The notes under the pieces: model-generated
Database searches by the model: none
Told to the model about the DNA's origin: nothing
Seen by the model: the letters and a program-made list of their open reading frames with translations, nothing else
Source: Tubiluchus corallicola
Lineage: Eukaryota > Animalia > Priapulida
DNA length: 64,000 bases
Assembly: GCA_030141605.1 (NCBI GenBank)
Contig: JAQGDQ010000574.1
Location: 1 to 64,000, forward strand
Direction of reading: 5' to 3'
Position numbers and translations under genes: made by a program
Shown: positions 47,601-60,430 of the stretch, piece by piece
How positions within the stretch are numbered: position 1 is the stretch's first letter
How the letters are laid out: each line of letters opens with the position of its first letter

Positions 47601-50600
47601 TTAGGTTAACATAGTTGTTAAAAGCGGCTGCGAGCAAAGTAAAGAAATCATTATTAAAACGAAGCATGCGTCGTTAAGTGAGAAAATGGCGTGAAATGTT
47701 CGGCGTCGTTAAAACGAAGCGTTGCTAAACGGGGAGCTGTTAAGCGAGAACTTACTGAATATGAATTCTTCACTTGTTTCGCAACTGGTTTTCCAGCTGT
47801 ACGTGAAAGTATTCTAGAATGTTATATGTAGGCATCTGTACTGAATAAATGAATACGTTACGGTGTCACTGTATGCACGTGGTTTGCTTTTTAGGAATCC
47901 AAAAGTAAAATCAGACAAGAACCTGGCATGGGAGGAAAAGACACTTGTTTCAGGTGTGGAGACAAGGGACATTGGTCAAGAGATTGTCCAAAATATCCCA
48001 GGTTGGACATGTTGATTAACTGTATTGATAAAAAGTTGATTTTACTCATGGCGTTAATAAAATCATTTTTCCAATTTATAAATATATTTAACTTCCGATT
48101 AAAAGCTCTGACTTAGAGAAATGGTTTTACTTTTTTCTAACATGCTTATCATTTTGGTTATCTTAATGTTATTAATATTAATTTATCCATTTTTTTCTTG
48201 AAAATCTACAGTATATAGAAATAGAAGCTCCGGAAATGAAATAGAAAAATGATAAAATTCCTGGCCGGATGTGCAAGACAAAAATATTACCCAAGCGATC
48301 AGACATAAAGAGGAGCATTTTTATTGTCGCCGTGATTCAGTTTTATGTTCTGCCAGTTGTGAATTCAGGATTAGATACGTCAAGTTTTCAACCACTGATG
48401 GCGTTGTCTCGCATTACATTTGCATGTTTTCTGCCGTTTACTTACAAGAACACTTACGATTATATTCTCGTTTTCCAGTGAAGGCGGTCCGCCAGGTAGA
48501 GGGCGTCGACGCGGAGGTGCGCCGCCTCGCGGGCGGGGTCGTGGTTATGGATCGGCCGATGACGACTTATATGCCTATGAAAGATATCCGCCATTCCGAG
48601 ATCCGTACTACAGATACGATGAAAGGTATTTTTACTTCTCTTACTGACGATATTAACTTTTCACAGAGCAGCTATGTAATTATATTTTTACTTCTTTTGC
48701 AACTGAGGTCACCAAACATAGTTCTTCTGTTGAATGCAAATCGGTGCTACAAACCGAAAGCTAAATTCAGTGGCGGCTCGTGTAAAGGCACTGTGGAACT
48801 TCAGCACCGCCTATTTTCACTCGATATTATCGATAATATTCAGTATGACGAGTCTTTTCTTTATATTTGTACGTACTCGTAAATGTTTGTACGGAACCGT
48901 GATGAAACTGTGCGCTTAATAGTTCCAACGACGTAGTGTTTGGCTGTTGTGCATAACTTGTGTATAGGCACTGTGGAACTGCAGCACCCCTATTTTCACT
49001 CGATATTATCATTCATATTCGCTATAATAAGTCTTTCTTGTTAAATGTTTCTTCATACTTGTACATGCTTGTGAATCCTTGTACAGAACCAGAACACGTG
49101 ACAGAACTGTGAGCCTCACAGTTCCAGCGATGCAGTGTTTGGCTGTTGTGCACATGCGGCCATGCGTATATGTCCGAGATAAGAAGCTGCACGCTAGGTA
49201 GAGAAAGTACTGTTGCTCACGCAGTGTCGACTCTGTTGTGTTATTGTCCGTGTTCACGGCCTAAGCATGTAATAACTGAATGCTTACTGCTAAGATAACA
49301 CAATTAGTTGAAACTCACCAGTGGCTGTGTTTATTTGCAAATGTGAATGATTATAATTTATCCACTGCCAGTGAATCTTGACAGTCGGGTACCCGACAGG
49401 TGTAAGGAAAAGGGTCGGAGTCTGATCTTTGCTACCCGTGTAAACACCAATAACAGTACTTAAGTTTGAAATAGCATGTAGGATGTAACAAGAAGTAGAA
49501 ATGTATGTTGATGTCTAAGGAAAAGGGTCGGAGTCTGATCTTTGCTACCCGTTTAAACACCAATAACAGTACTTAAGTTTGAAATAGCATGTAGGATGTA
49601 ACAAGAAGTAGAAATGTATGTCGATGTCTAAGGAAATGCCGACAGACGAGTGACTGTATTAAGTGACTAATAAACAGTCGAAAAAAATGTAATTAGTAAA
49701 TTTGTATTGAGACTTTTTCAGCTTCAAAGTGGTTACTAGATTTTTCATTTTGGCTTTTTTAAGTGCCTTAAACTCATATGTACTGTGTTACTTAGTGATT
49801 TTTCACTAAGTAAATCACTGGGTTCGTATACACTGTTGCTTATGAATGCGCAGATATGATATGTTGCCGCCGAGACGGTCCGTCTATGACATACCCTATG
49901 CTCGAAGACCGTTTCCTGAACGTGGTGATTATTATTACGACGGTTATCCTAGACGAAGCCCTCCGCCAAGGTAAGAAAATCTTTTTAAAAGTGAAAAAAT
50001 GGTAATTGGCTATAACAGTTTTCATTTTCATGGGCGATTAGGTGTACATAGAGTGTTATTAAATGATATATGTGAAAGTCATGTATGAGGTTGTAGTTGA
50101 ACACTTTGTAGAAAAAGAATAAAACACTGTACTACATATCTGCACAAAACTGAAAAGCGTTTATTAGACTACATACGCATATGTAGAATGACTGCTACAC
50201 TGAACACTGAGGACAAGAGTGTCCTGCACTGATCACTGAGAGTTAGACAGTAAGTGACATGAGTATCACAACTAGCATGACTTCTGCACTGCATTGAGAG
50301 TGAGACAGAGAGACACATGAAATGAAAGTAAATCCAGTCAGTATATATAGGTATAGGAAATTATGCAAACTTGGCTTCACAAAAACCATTACTGTAAAAT
50401 AGGGAGAGATCCAGTGAGTATGCATATTCACTGGACCGAGCAATTATACTAGGGGTGAGTTTAGCTAGCAAAATGTAAAGTGATTAGTCAATAGATGGCA
50501 GCACCTAAAAATATACAGTTACAACTTCCACAATATCTAACTTAAAAGAAACTTGGTCACTTTAAAAACTGTTGTCATGCCTCTCACTGCCTACCTCTTT

Positions 50601-53600
50601 TAGTATTTATTTGCCCGGCTGTTTGATAAAGTATAAACTAAGGTGAGGATTGTTACAGTAAACGGGTCTCAACAACAAATGATGTGACATAACCGATACC
50701 AACTCTTGGTATAATTGGGTCCCAACAACAGATGATTAAGGTTGGGATTTCGAGCTTCCTTCTGTACAAAGTAGGTGTGAATGTATGTGACATAACCGAT
50801 ACCAACTCATGGCATAATTGAGTCCCAACAACAAATGATTAAAGTTGCGAGTGTACATATGAGACCCAACTGAACATTTTTGAAGTATTTGCCGAACTCT
50901 TGCTGTGCAGATAAACGTTTGTTTCTTTATCTCTTGTAGAATGCGACCAATGTACGTAGATCCTCGTGGACGAGATCCGTATGCCATTCCACCTAGAGAG
51001 CTCCGAGCAAGAGACCCGTACGGTGAACCACCACGTCTTAGAGATCCGTATGATTATCCACCTGCTCGTGATCCGTATGCTGATCCATATAGAGGGTAAA
51101 TAAACCTTATTGTTATTTTTTATTTGCATCAGTGAGTAGATTACTCATTACTTGTGCTATTAGCATTTTGCTCGTTATAAAGTTGCAACTGAACATTGCA
51201 TAAAATCCTAAACTGTACGTCAGAACAATCTACTCTTTAAGATATTGAAAGGAAACACACTAGTTTTTTAAAGAATGACTTACGTGAAAGAATTATTACC
51301 ACACCAACACAATATCACGTTCGCGCCACTAGTTCTTTGCTGTTACATGCGTTTCACCATTTGCTATTTAGACGGGCACGAGCGCCTGCATTTCGGGAAG
51401 CATTGCACTAAAAACAGGTGCTGTACCTCTCGGTTCAGATGTGTTATTTGTAACGAACTGCACACATTCGACAGCTCAAGCATGAGCAAAAATTTGAATT
51501 TTTATCTTAAAACTTGGATAGTTTTAAGATATCTCTTACACTGAATATCTTACAGTAGCACTGTACTTCAATTTTCGCTTTAGCAAACACGCTCGTGGAA
51601 CATTTTTGTTGTTGAAAATTATGTTAGTTTGTGATGTCATCAATAGCTGGGCTCGCCCTCGGTTAATTAAGTTTTTAATCTATAATTTAATTATCAGAAA
51701 AGCTTTTGCAGTATTAATTATGTTAAAATGTGTAATTTTATCGCACTTGAAAGTGGGGTAGTATATGAAAAATCGTCGTGTATTGCTTTACCATTTTGTT
51801 TTCGATATCTATCGTGTTGTATGCGAAAAGCTAGGTAACATAACTTTGCATGGAACATTTTTGGGACATAATTTCCTTTTCTTCCCCTGATTTATGCGTG
51901 AGGTCAAGTAACGGTGAGGTCAGAACAGTGTTGCAGAAGATTTAAAATGTAAACAAACAAAAAAACCTTTTAATGCAACTATGATATACGCATAAAATTG
52001 CTATAAAGTAATATAATTTTTTAAGGTGATTGTGACGGCAACACAAAAGAATTTCCCTCATAGCATATGGTGTTCTCGGAAATCTTTATTTCTGTATATA
52101 AAAAATGAAAATAATAAATTTGACTGCTTTCACTGCTAACAAATGTATAATAATCTAGTTATTATAATTTAAGACAATAAAAGTAAATATTACTAACATC
52201 GTGCGGCTATAACAACTTAATGCATCCTTGGAATGTCATACTGGTTTACAGCAAATCCGGTAAAGACGCTACAAATAATTACTTGAAAATGTATCTAAAC
52301 ATTATTTAACGTTTACTGAGGCTTCTGTAAGCGTGTTTAGTGAGGCTCGACCTAATTTACGACTTCACAGGTAAAATTACAGGTAAGTTCGCATAGGTGC
52401 TGCCACCAGAAACTCACCTTAACAGTGATTTTTCTGAAACCTACTTCAAGTACCCCTTTTCTTATCTTTTATGCATGTTTCTTTAGAGCGTTAGTTTTTT
52501 TTTCATTTTATCCGTCTATTTCCTCGCTGCACCGTTTTGGTTTTTGCAATGGAAGCTCTTTAACGTTATTTTAACATTTCTTTCAGATATCCACCCCCTC
52601 CAAGAGGTTTCACTCCACCCCCTCAGAGTCGACCGCCGCTCAATGCTTCTCAACGGTATTGATGATTTTAATTATTTCCAAAGAGTTAAGACGTTATGAA
52701 TCCGGGCGACACGTGTGCACGTATTTTATTCCGATTAATCGCAAACTGTTTGCCGGGTCGGTGACCGTGGATCAACTTTCTTAATTTCGTTACTTCGGGA
52801 AAATCTGTTTGTTTTCATTGTGTGGTTCAGTTTGAACAATTTTCTTAAAATTTGTGAAGTAGTGCATCGTGAAAATTGAACTTAGTGATGCGGTCGGTTA
52901 TAATAATGAAATGAATCTTATCTGAGCTGTATTATTTGCTAAACGTCTTAATTGCATTTTGTTTCCTCGGAATATTTTAATTACAATAATGTCTCGGTTT
53001 GCCGGACCTCGCTTTTACGGATATCGGAGGAATCAGACAAAATCGGGACTGTTAAAAAGTCCCCATACTACGGACACAGTCCGTTGTTTCTCAAGCTGAC
53101 CGCTAGTTGGCAGACCGTCACTTTGTTTGCATCCAAGCAGCATGTAACGACACGTGTAGCTTGTATGTCAGCGTGTTTAGTGATTTAATCAGCTTGTTTA
53201 AGCGGTTTTGAGTCTATTGTGCAGAGTTATTTGAGACAACTGCCGACAGTTTTTAAACTTTTTTTATGCACAGGAGCGCTTCGCACTAGACGTCATTGAG
53301 AGAATTAAGTGATTAATTCTTCATTACCATGATATTAATACACTGTATTAGCTTAGTATCGGTAAATACAGACAATCTGCAAATTCAAACTGACGTCCTG
53401 TCACTTTTGTCCGGTAAACCGAGACATGAGTGTATAAGTAGTATATTTAACGTGCTTCCCACTGCAAATTAATAATAATAATAGCACAAATTAATTTAAT
53501 ATTCAGTTTTCCGTTTAAGTAGCAAAATGGCCGATTGTATTTCTGGCTTCACTGAATAAATCTTTGTCTTTTATGTGTGAAAATAAAACGAGACTGTATA

Positions 53601-56600
53601 TTTTACGCTTGTATTTTGTGTAATTAGTGCTGGACTTTGAATAAAAATTGAGGTTTAATGCGTCTGTAATCCAAAGACAAAGAGTCGGCGTGTGTTAGAT
53701 CGGACGATCATCATTGCGGAAGTACCGTGTCGTGATTACGCTGCACCGAGTTTTCGTCGTGGTCAAATTACGTCTTCGTACGGAGAATAAACTCGTGAAC
53801 TATTTGAAGCACTTTTGAAAATTTTTTCTTCACATTTTCATTGATTAGTAGAGCGGAGAAGGTTGATGTCGTACCTTTTTTCTAGGCTTTCCCCTTTTCT
53901 TGTTCAAGTTTAAGTGAAAAAGCGTTAGTAATTTTTATAGCTAGTTTAGTTATGCATTAATTCAACTAAGTTTAGGCTAATGCAGCTTTATAGCAATCAC
54001 TGCTGCAATATTTTGGCACTAGCAAAAATACGCAAACATCCTACATAGTGTTTGTTTACTTACCTAACGCAAAGCCAGCAGCAGCAGCTTTTACTGAATT
54101 AAATTTATAAGGTTAAAGACAGAGTATAATGGATGACGTCAGAACAATGGCTTTGCGTCAGTTATCCAAGCGAAATTACCGAAAATAGAACATCTAATTA
54201 ACTCGTCGATACTCCTTTTGGTGGACGTGTCGTAAAATATAGCCCACATCATCATGTAGCCCTGTTCTGTTTGAGAAAAATTTCGAAAAAAATCGAGAGT
54301 TTGGCCCGGAAAAACGCCCGTTACGGGACGCCGTGACCATTGCAAATTCTAAATAGGCCTATGACACCTACCGCTGAACGGGCTATCTATCCATACCCAG
54401 CACCACCCATGGCCGGTTCCCGTTCTCAATGTTGGATAGTAATTGTTGTGTATTGTTACTGATGGGTCGGATAATGAAGTGAGAACTGTCACTTCCAAGT
54501 GAATAAATGATTCGACACTTTGGAAAAATGGTGAATTTATGAATGGCTATTTAATAATATAATAAAAATGACATTGAGACGTGATATTTTCTTGTTTTCG
54601 TTCATGTTACGCTTTGATGAAACCAATAAAATGAGTCACGTGATATCTAGCTACTTTAAATGGCGCACAGCTGTCATTATTGTTTTAACCCGTTATTATT
54701 TTGTCATGAACGGACAAGCACAGATGAAACTTAGAAATATAACACCGAGTAACCGGGTGCGCTGGACATCAAACAAAGAAGCTGCAGATTTGTACATGGG
54801 GAGCCTGCGTGTTGGATAAATAATGAAGAAACGGTGTGTCTGATGTCAAACGCAATCTGCGTTGTAATTATTAAATAGCGGCTATGTATTAGATATGAGT
54901 AAGAAACGGTACATTTGAAGTACAGTGTATAATGTGTATATTTTAAATGTTAAACAGAGTTTGATAAAACGGCATATTTGACATCAATTGCACATCTTGA
55001 ATAATGTAGCATACAATCTGTGTGTTGGATATTGAACGGAGAAACGGTATATTTGACGTCGTACGGAAAAACGCGTTTGAACCTGCCTTTAATGAATAGA
55101 GAGCATGTCGTACTGGACGCGTTTGAACCTGCCTTTAATGAATAGAGAGCATGTCGTACTGGACGCGTTTGAACCTGCCTTTAATGAATAGAGAGCATGT
55201 CGTACTGGAAACGGAGTACGGTTATTTGACATCGACGGGTTAGTTTGCGTCTAAATATTAAGTCAAAAATCTGGGCGGCAGATAATAAACGGAGAATCCG
55301 TCTCGTCAAAGGTAAAATGAAGAATAGGTCATCGGCTACGGAAACGGAGAACGGGAGAATCCGCGTCGTGAGACGGTAACGGATAGGCGGGGTATTTTAA
55401 ATGTAAGATGTTTCTACAGTCCTTGTATCCAATCATTTCTGTGCTGGACTGGTAAATATTAACTCCTTCAGGACCGTAAGCGTTTGAAAGGACCATGAAA
55501 AACTGCTCTCAGTAAGCAGCGATTAGGTCATATTCGATAATTTTTTGTAGGTTTCTACTCCTCACACAATGGACTTTCATGCAAAATTATAGTGAAATGC
55601 ATTTGCTTTCTTTAGACAAATTAAAAATCGATTTTTGATGAGAAAATGAAAAAGGTTTTCAGTAAATGCAGTGTTTGCATTGTAACAATGTACAGTATCA
55701 CTTGTGTTAAATCGCCTAATGCAGAAAATTTCAACTATCCAGACACAACACTCTGATACTCTAATTTTTAAGGAGAAATTTCTGTTAAAAGATCAAACGA
55801 TCTTAATTTGTCCTTTGGCTGATCGGTTGGCTTTTCCTGTAACTCTGTACAGCAGGCAGTGTGTACGATCACACAAGTGTACACCAGACTCAGCTACTCA
55901 ATAGGCTAAATTGAAGTGTCTGAAAATGGCGTGTTTTTCTTAATATTATCCAATTAAATCACTTATAAATGTTTAAACAAATAGCTTGATTGAATAGCCG
56001 AGATTCTCCTGAATAGAACAGTACCTATTTTGTAATCATTTAGTTATGTCTGTGCTCATACAGTAGCAGAAAAGTCAGAGGTCTTATAAGACTTGTTTTG
56101 AATGGTGCAGTCCTGAAGGAGTTAATGATATTGTTTCGTGTCTAAACTTAAATGTACAATTTGATCATGGCTATGGGGACAAGCGAAACATCTTAGGAAG
56201 ACATGTTTTATGTTTCTTACATTAAAGATAGTAATATTTTAATAATCGACTGTTTTTATAATAAGCTGCTGGCACTATCTTGATTATCTTAATAAAATCG
56301 AAGTGAATGGCCAAGTGGTCACGCCATGTACTTTGCAAGTTTAAGAGCGGTGTGGCAAATGGTCGGCTTGTGACTACTATGTTAAATACTCGCTCTAAGC
56401 GGTTTCATTCGCCATGCTGATTCTGGCTGTTCACCTCATGGAGGGAGATTGTATTCACGGTTAAGACATCTCTGCACGTTTAAAAAACCTGAGTGTCATT
56501 TTCAGTATTTTAGAGCGTACAGTAAGTCCTCGCTTAACGACGCCGATCATTTGACACCTTTCTTCACTTAACGACACGCATTTCACTTTAACGAGGATTC

Positions 56601-57441
56601 TTTTACTTTGTTCGAGGCAAATTTTTATTTGATTAACAAAATTTTTACCAAATTTGATACATTAAAACAGACCTACTGCATTAGTCTGTTCGGAAAATGC
56701 AGTAATAATGTAAACAGTGTAATTATTATACATGTTTTTGCTTCCCAGCTGACCAGTGACGCTACTACTGTGTTACTAGTGGTTTGTGTATCAAGTGACC
56801 ATGTGACAATTCTGACTACAACCTGTTGCCTTAGCAACCAGACTAATTATTTAGGTGAAATTCCCAAGGTCGCTCCAGAGCTGTGTTTATTGTTCAACCA
56901 CTGACTGGGCTTAAACGTTACCGAAATAAAAACCACTATAGCTAGGTATTGGTAAGTAAGATATGTAGGTGGTTTCAGGCAAGCAGGAGACATTAATCAG
57001 TAGAAATATGAGCAAAACTCATGGAATGTTTAACTTATACGATTTAAGCAGTATGATTTTTGTCTCAGGAACGTATCTCAATTCTTTTACATTACTTTCT
57101 ATGGAGGTCTTGGTTTCGTTTAATGACGTTTCGCTTAACGTCGCATTTTGCTGGAAGGCATTTGCATCGTTAAGCGAGGACGTACTGTACTTTATTTGAA
57201 TCAATGTTTATGCAATCGTCCGGTTTTTATAGTAATCAAACATGCGGTGTTTTTTTCTGTACTAACAATGATTATCTTCTCATTTAGGAGATTCGCTGAT
57301 CCTCCCTATCGCTCCAGTCCTGCTGACCACTACAAGAAGCCAGTGCAGAACGGCTACGTCCAGCCAGAAAGAAGTTCGGACAATGAAATTTTTAGTAACG
57401 ACACCGTGATCGATCAAACCGACAGCTTTGTTATGAGTTGA
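44624..57441 (+). CDS. RBM4: RBM4/lark-like RNA-binding protein: one RRM, a CCHC zinc knuckle and an RGG/RDPY-rich low-complexity tail, about 318 aa
   Basis: Exons 44624-44746, 46293-46376, 47895-48001, 48479-48625, 49854-49970, 50940-51095, 52587-52655, 57288-57441 in phase. [10 protein letters not shown] (RNP2), [12 protein letters not shown] (RNP1), [23 protein letters not shown]. Confidence 0.85.
46459..46888. mobile_element. Non-autonomous DNA element with TAGGGCTGA...TCAGCCCTA termini
   Basis: Terminal inverted repeat; homologous to 14008-14711. Confidence 0.72.
47071..47757. mobile_element. Tc1/pogo-like MITE (CAGTAAGTCCTC family), inverted relative to the 33582 copy
   Basis: CAGTAAGTCCTCACTTA...TAAGCGAGAACTTACTG. 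Confidence 0.75.
49403..49636. repeat. 113-bp direct duplication
   Basis: TAAGGAAAAGGGTCGGAGTCTGATC at 49403 and 49516. Confidence 0.85.
55071..55209. repeat. 46-bp perfect tandem repeat, 3 copies
   Basis: ACGCGTTTGAACCTGCCTTTAATGAATAGAGAGCATGTCGTACTGG. Confidence 0.92.
55463..56121. mobile_element. piggyBac-like MITE with TTAA TSD
   Basis: TTAA|CTCCTTCAGGAC...GTCCTGAAGGAG|TTAA; inverted homologue at 62573-63282. Confidence 0.85.
56520..57187. mobile_element. Tc1/pogo-like MITE (CAGTAAGTCCTCG family) with TA TSD
   Basis: TA|CAGTAAGTCCTCGCTTAACGA...TCGTTAAGCGAGGACGTACTG|TA. Confidence 0.85.
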
Positions 57442-57879
57442 CAATCTTTTAGGTAAAACTCTGGATAGTTTCTGTACAGCGTGTATTCCATAATTTACCG
57501 TAGTTATGAGTCGGTTTTATTCAAATAAATTTATGTTGAAAAGGTTGTGTAAGAACTAGCAAAGTCCAAGACATGAATTGTTAATTAACAGTTTTTCCAG
57601 TTGTGTGCTGATTTAGATGTTTACTTGCTGTCCGCAAAATGTAAATAAACAGATATTGTTTTCATTTGTCGTCTTAGTAAGATAAATTAAGATCTATTCG
57701 TCAACGCAATAACTAGAGTTGATTTAGTGCTAAAACAATTACATAATGTGAATAGAGTCACCATGTGTGATGTGCAAACTGCATTGAATGGCAGTTAATA
57801 CTGACTTGACTGTCACTAGAAATTAGACAACGAACCATCACCTTCCCCCTGGCTAAATTTACACTTGTATGCTTGTAAG

Positions 57880-59609
57880 CAGTGGCAGCTCATGTATAGG
57901 TACTGCGGAACCCCCTATATTCACTCTATATTATCGATTATGTTCAATATAATGTCTTTTTTCTTTAGTTCTTTCTTTATACTTGTACTGAACCAGCATG
58001 TGAGGGTGGTACTGTTTACTTCACAGCCCAGCAGAGTGGTGTGTTTGGCTGTTGTGTGCATGCGGACATGCGCATGTCTGAGATAACATGCCAGCATGTG
58101 AGGGTAGTACTGTTTGCTTCACAGCCCAGCAGAGTGGTGTGTTTGGCTGTTGTGTGAATGTGGACATGCGCATGTCTGAGATAACATGCCAGCATGTGAG
58201 GGTGGTACTGTTTGCTTCACAGCCCAGCAGAGTGGTGTGTTTGGCTGTTGTGTGAATGCGGACATGCGCATGTCTGAGATAACACGCCAGCATGTGAGGG
58301 TGGTACTGTTTGCTTCACAGCCCAGCAGAGTGGTGTGTTTGGCTGTTGTGTGAATGCGGACATGCGCATGTCTGAGATAACACGCCAGCATGTGAGGGTG
58401 GTACTGTTTGCTTCACAGCCCAGCAGAGTGGTGTGTTTGGCTGTTGTGTGTATGTGGACATGCGCATGTCTGAGATAACACGCCAGCATGTGAGGGTGGT
58501 ACTGTTTGCTTCACAGCCCAGCAGAGTGGTGTGTTTGGCTGTTGTGTGTATGTGGACATGCGCATGTCTGAGATAACACGCCAGCATGTGAGGGTAGTAC
58601 TGTTTGCTTCACAGCCCAGCAGAGTGGTGTGTTTGGCTGTTGTGTGTATGTGGACATGCGCATGTCTGAGATAACACGCCAGCATGTGAGGGTAGTACTG
58701 TTTGCTTCACAGCCCAGCACAGTGGTGTGTTTGGCTGTTGTGTGAATGCAGACATGCGCATGTCTGAGATAACATGCCAGCATGTGAGGGTAGTACTGTT
58801 TGCTTCACAGCCCAGCAGAGTGGTGTGTTTGGCTGTTGTGTGAATGCAGACATGCGCATGTCTGAGATAACATGCCAGCATGTGAGGGTAGTACTGTTTG
58901 CTTCACAGCCCAGCAGAGTGGTGTGTTTGGCTGTTGTGTGAATGCGGACATGCGCATGTCTGAGATAACATGCCAGGATGTGAGGGTGGTACTGTTTACT
59001 TCACAGCCCAGCAGAGTGGTGTGTTTGGCTGTTGTGTGTATGCGGACATGCGCATGTCTGAGATAACACGCCAGCATGTGAGGGTGGTACTGTTTGCTTC
59101 ACAGCCCAGCAGAGTGGTGTGTTTGGCTGTTGTGTGAATGTGGACATGCACATGTCTGTGATAACACGTCAGCATGTGAGGGTGGTACTGTTTGCTTCAC
59201 AGCCCAGCAGTGGTGTGTTTGGCTGTTGTGTGTATGTGGACATGCGCATGTCTGAGATAACACGCCAGCATGTGAGGGTAGTACTGTTTGCTTCACAGCC
59301 CAGCACAGTGGTGTGTTTGGCTGTTGTGTGTATGCGGACAACACGCTGTATGCTGCAGTGCTAGCACCTGCTGCCAAGTAGAGAAAGTACTGTTGCTCAC
59401 ACAGTTTGTTGTTAGTTCTCACATGCTTGAAAACCTTGTACCTGCACATTCTTGAACTGCAGAAATTTAAGATAAGCAAAAAAATTTGTTTAGGATTTCA
59501 TCAACTTTGTGTTCAAATTTTTGTATGTTTTGTTTATTTAAAACTACAATTACAAGCCATAAATTTTCTGAAGCACCCCCCCCCCCATTGCAACTACGGG
59601 CCGCCACTG
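57880..59609. mobile_element. hAT-like element (CAGTGGC termini) containing the 98-bp array
   Basis: CAGTGGCAGC...GCCGCCACTG; flanks CTTGTAAG/CTTGCTAG; an unexpanded relative starts at 48768. Confidence 0.65.
57993..59340. repeat. 98-bp tandem array, about 14 copies
   Basis: Repeat ORFs in the track are offset by exactly 98 bp (58021, 58119, 58217...). Confidence 0.95.
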
Positions 59610-60014
59610 CTTGCTAGACTGTACCAGCATAATTTATCATCTTTTCTTACATAAGACTGATTCATAAAACCATGATTTTTAGCTAGTTATTTCTTAATGC
59701 TACTTGAACTGCTACTTGAACTACTTAATGCTACTTGTTAATACTTGCCAGTGAAAAATATCAGTTCTCTTTAAATGTTTGTCTGTATTTTAAAATTTGA
59801 ATTGCATATTACTTTGTAATTATTGTCATGTATTTCTTATGATAGCTATGTTTTTTGCTATTTGCTTACGCTAAGTACTTAAATATACAGAGTGTGATAA
59901 TCTCTTGTAAACAGGCTGCCGCATTAACTGCACAGTCCGCTAATTGTTCTAAAAACAACCTAATCATCAGCCTCCTACTAATTAGATAAGTTAGGTTGAT
60001 ATTGGGCCTGTTTA

Positions 60015-60430
60015 ATGGAAAGAACAAGCCATTCAGTATGTCAGGTTTATTTTACTGTCATCACTTAAACTGTTTGTGGTGTGCTAAAGGAAAGCACAAG
60101 TCACTCAGTATGTTGGGTTTATTTTACTGTTATCACTTAAACTGTTTGTGGTGTACTAAAGGAAAGCACAAGTCACTCAGCTTGTTTGGTTTATTTTACT
60201 GTTATCACTTAAACTGTTTGTGGTGTACTAAAGGAAAGCACAAGTCACTCAGCTTGTTTGGTTTATTTTACTGTTATCACTTAAACTGTTTGTGGTGTGC
60301 TAGAGGAAAAAACAAGTCACTCAGTATGTTGGGTTTATTTTACTGTTATCACTTTAACTGTTTGTGGTGTGCTAAAGGAAAGAACAACTCAGTCAGCATG
60401 TTGGGTTTATTTTACTGTTATGACTTAAAC
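60015..60430. repeat. 72-bp minisatellite, about 5.5 copies
   Basis: ATTTTACTGT at 60121 and 60193. Confidence 0.9.

Noticed and set aside
48271-48882. 203-aa ORF
   Set aside because: Alternative frame over RBM4-like exon 4 plus intron and TE sequence; no recognisable domain
49340-49430. Possible C/D snoRNA (ATGATTA...CTGA) in an RBM4-like intron
   Set aside because: Weak terminal stem, no recognisable rRNA-complementary guide, and the D box lies within a local 113-bp duplication
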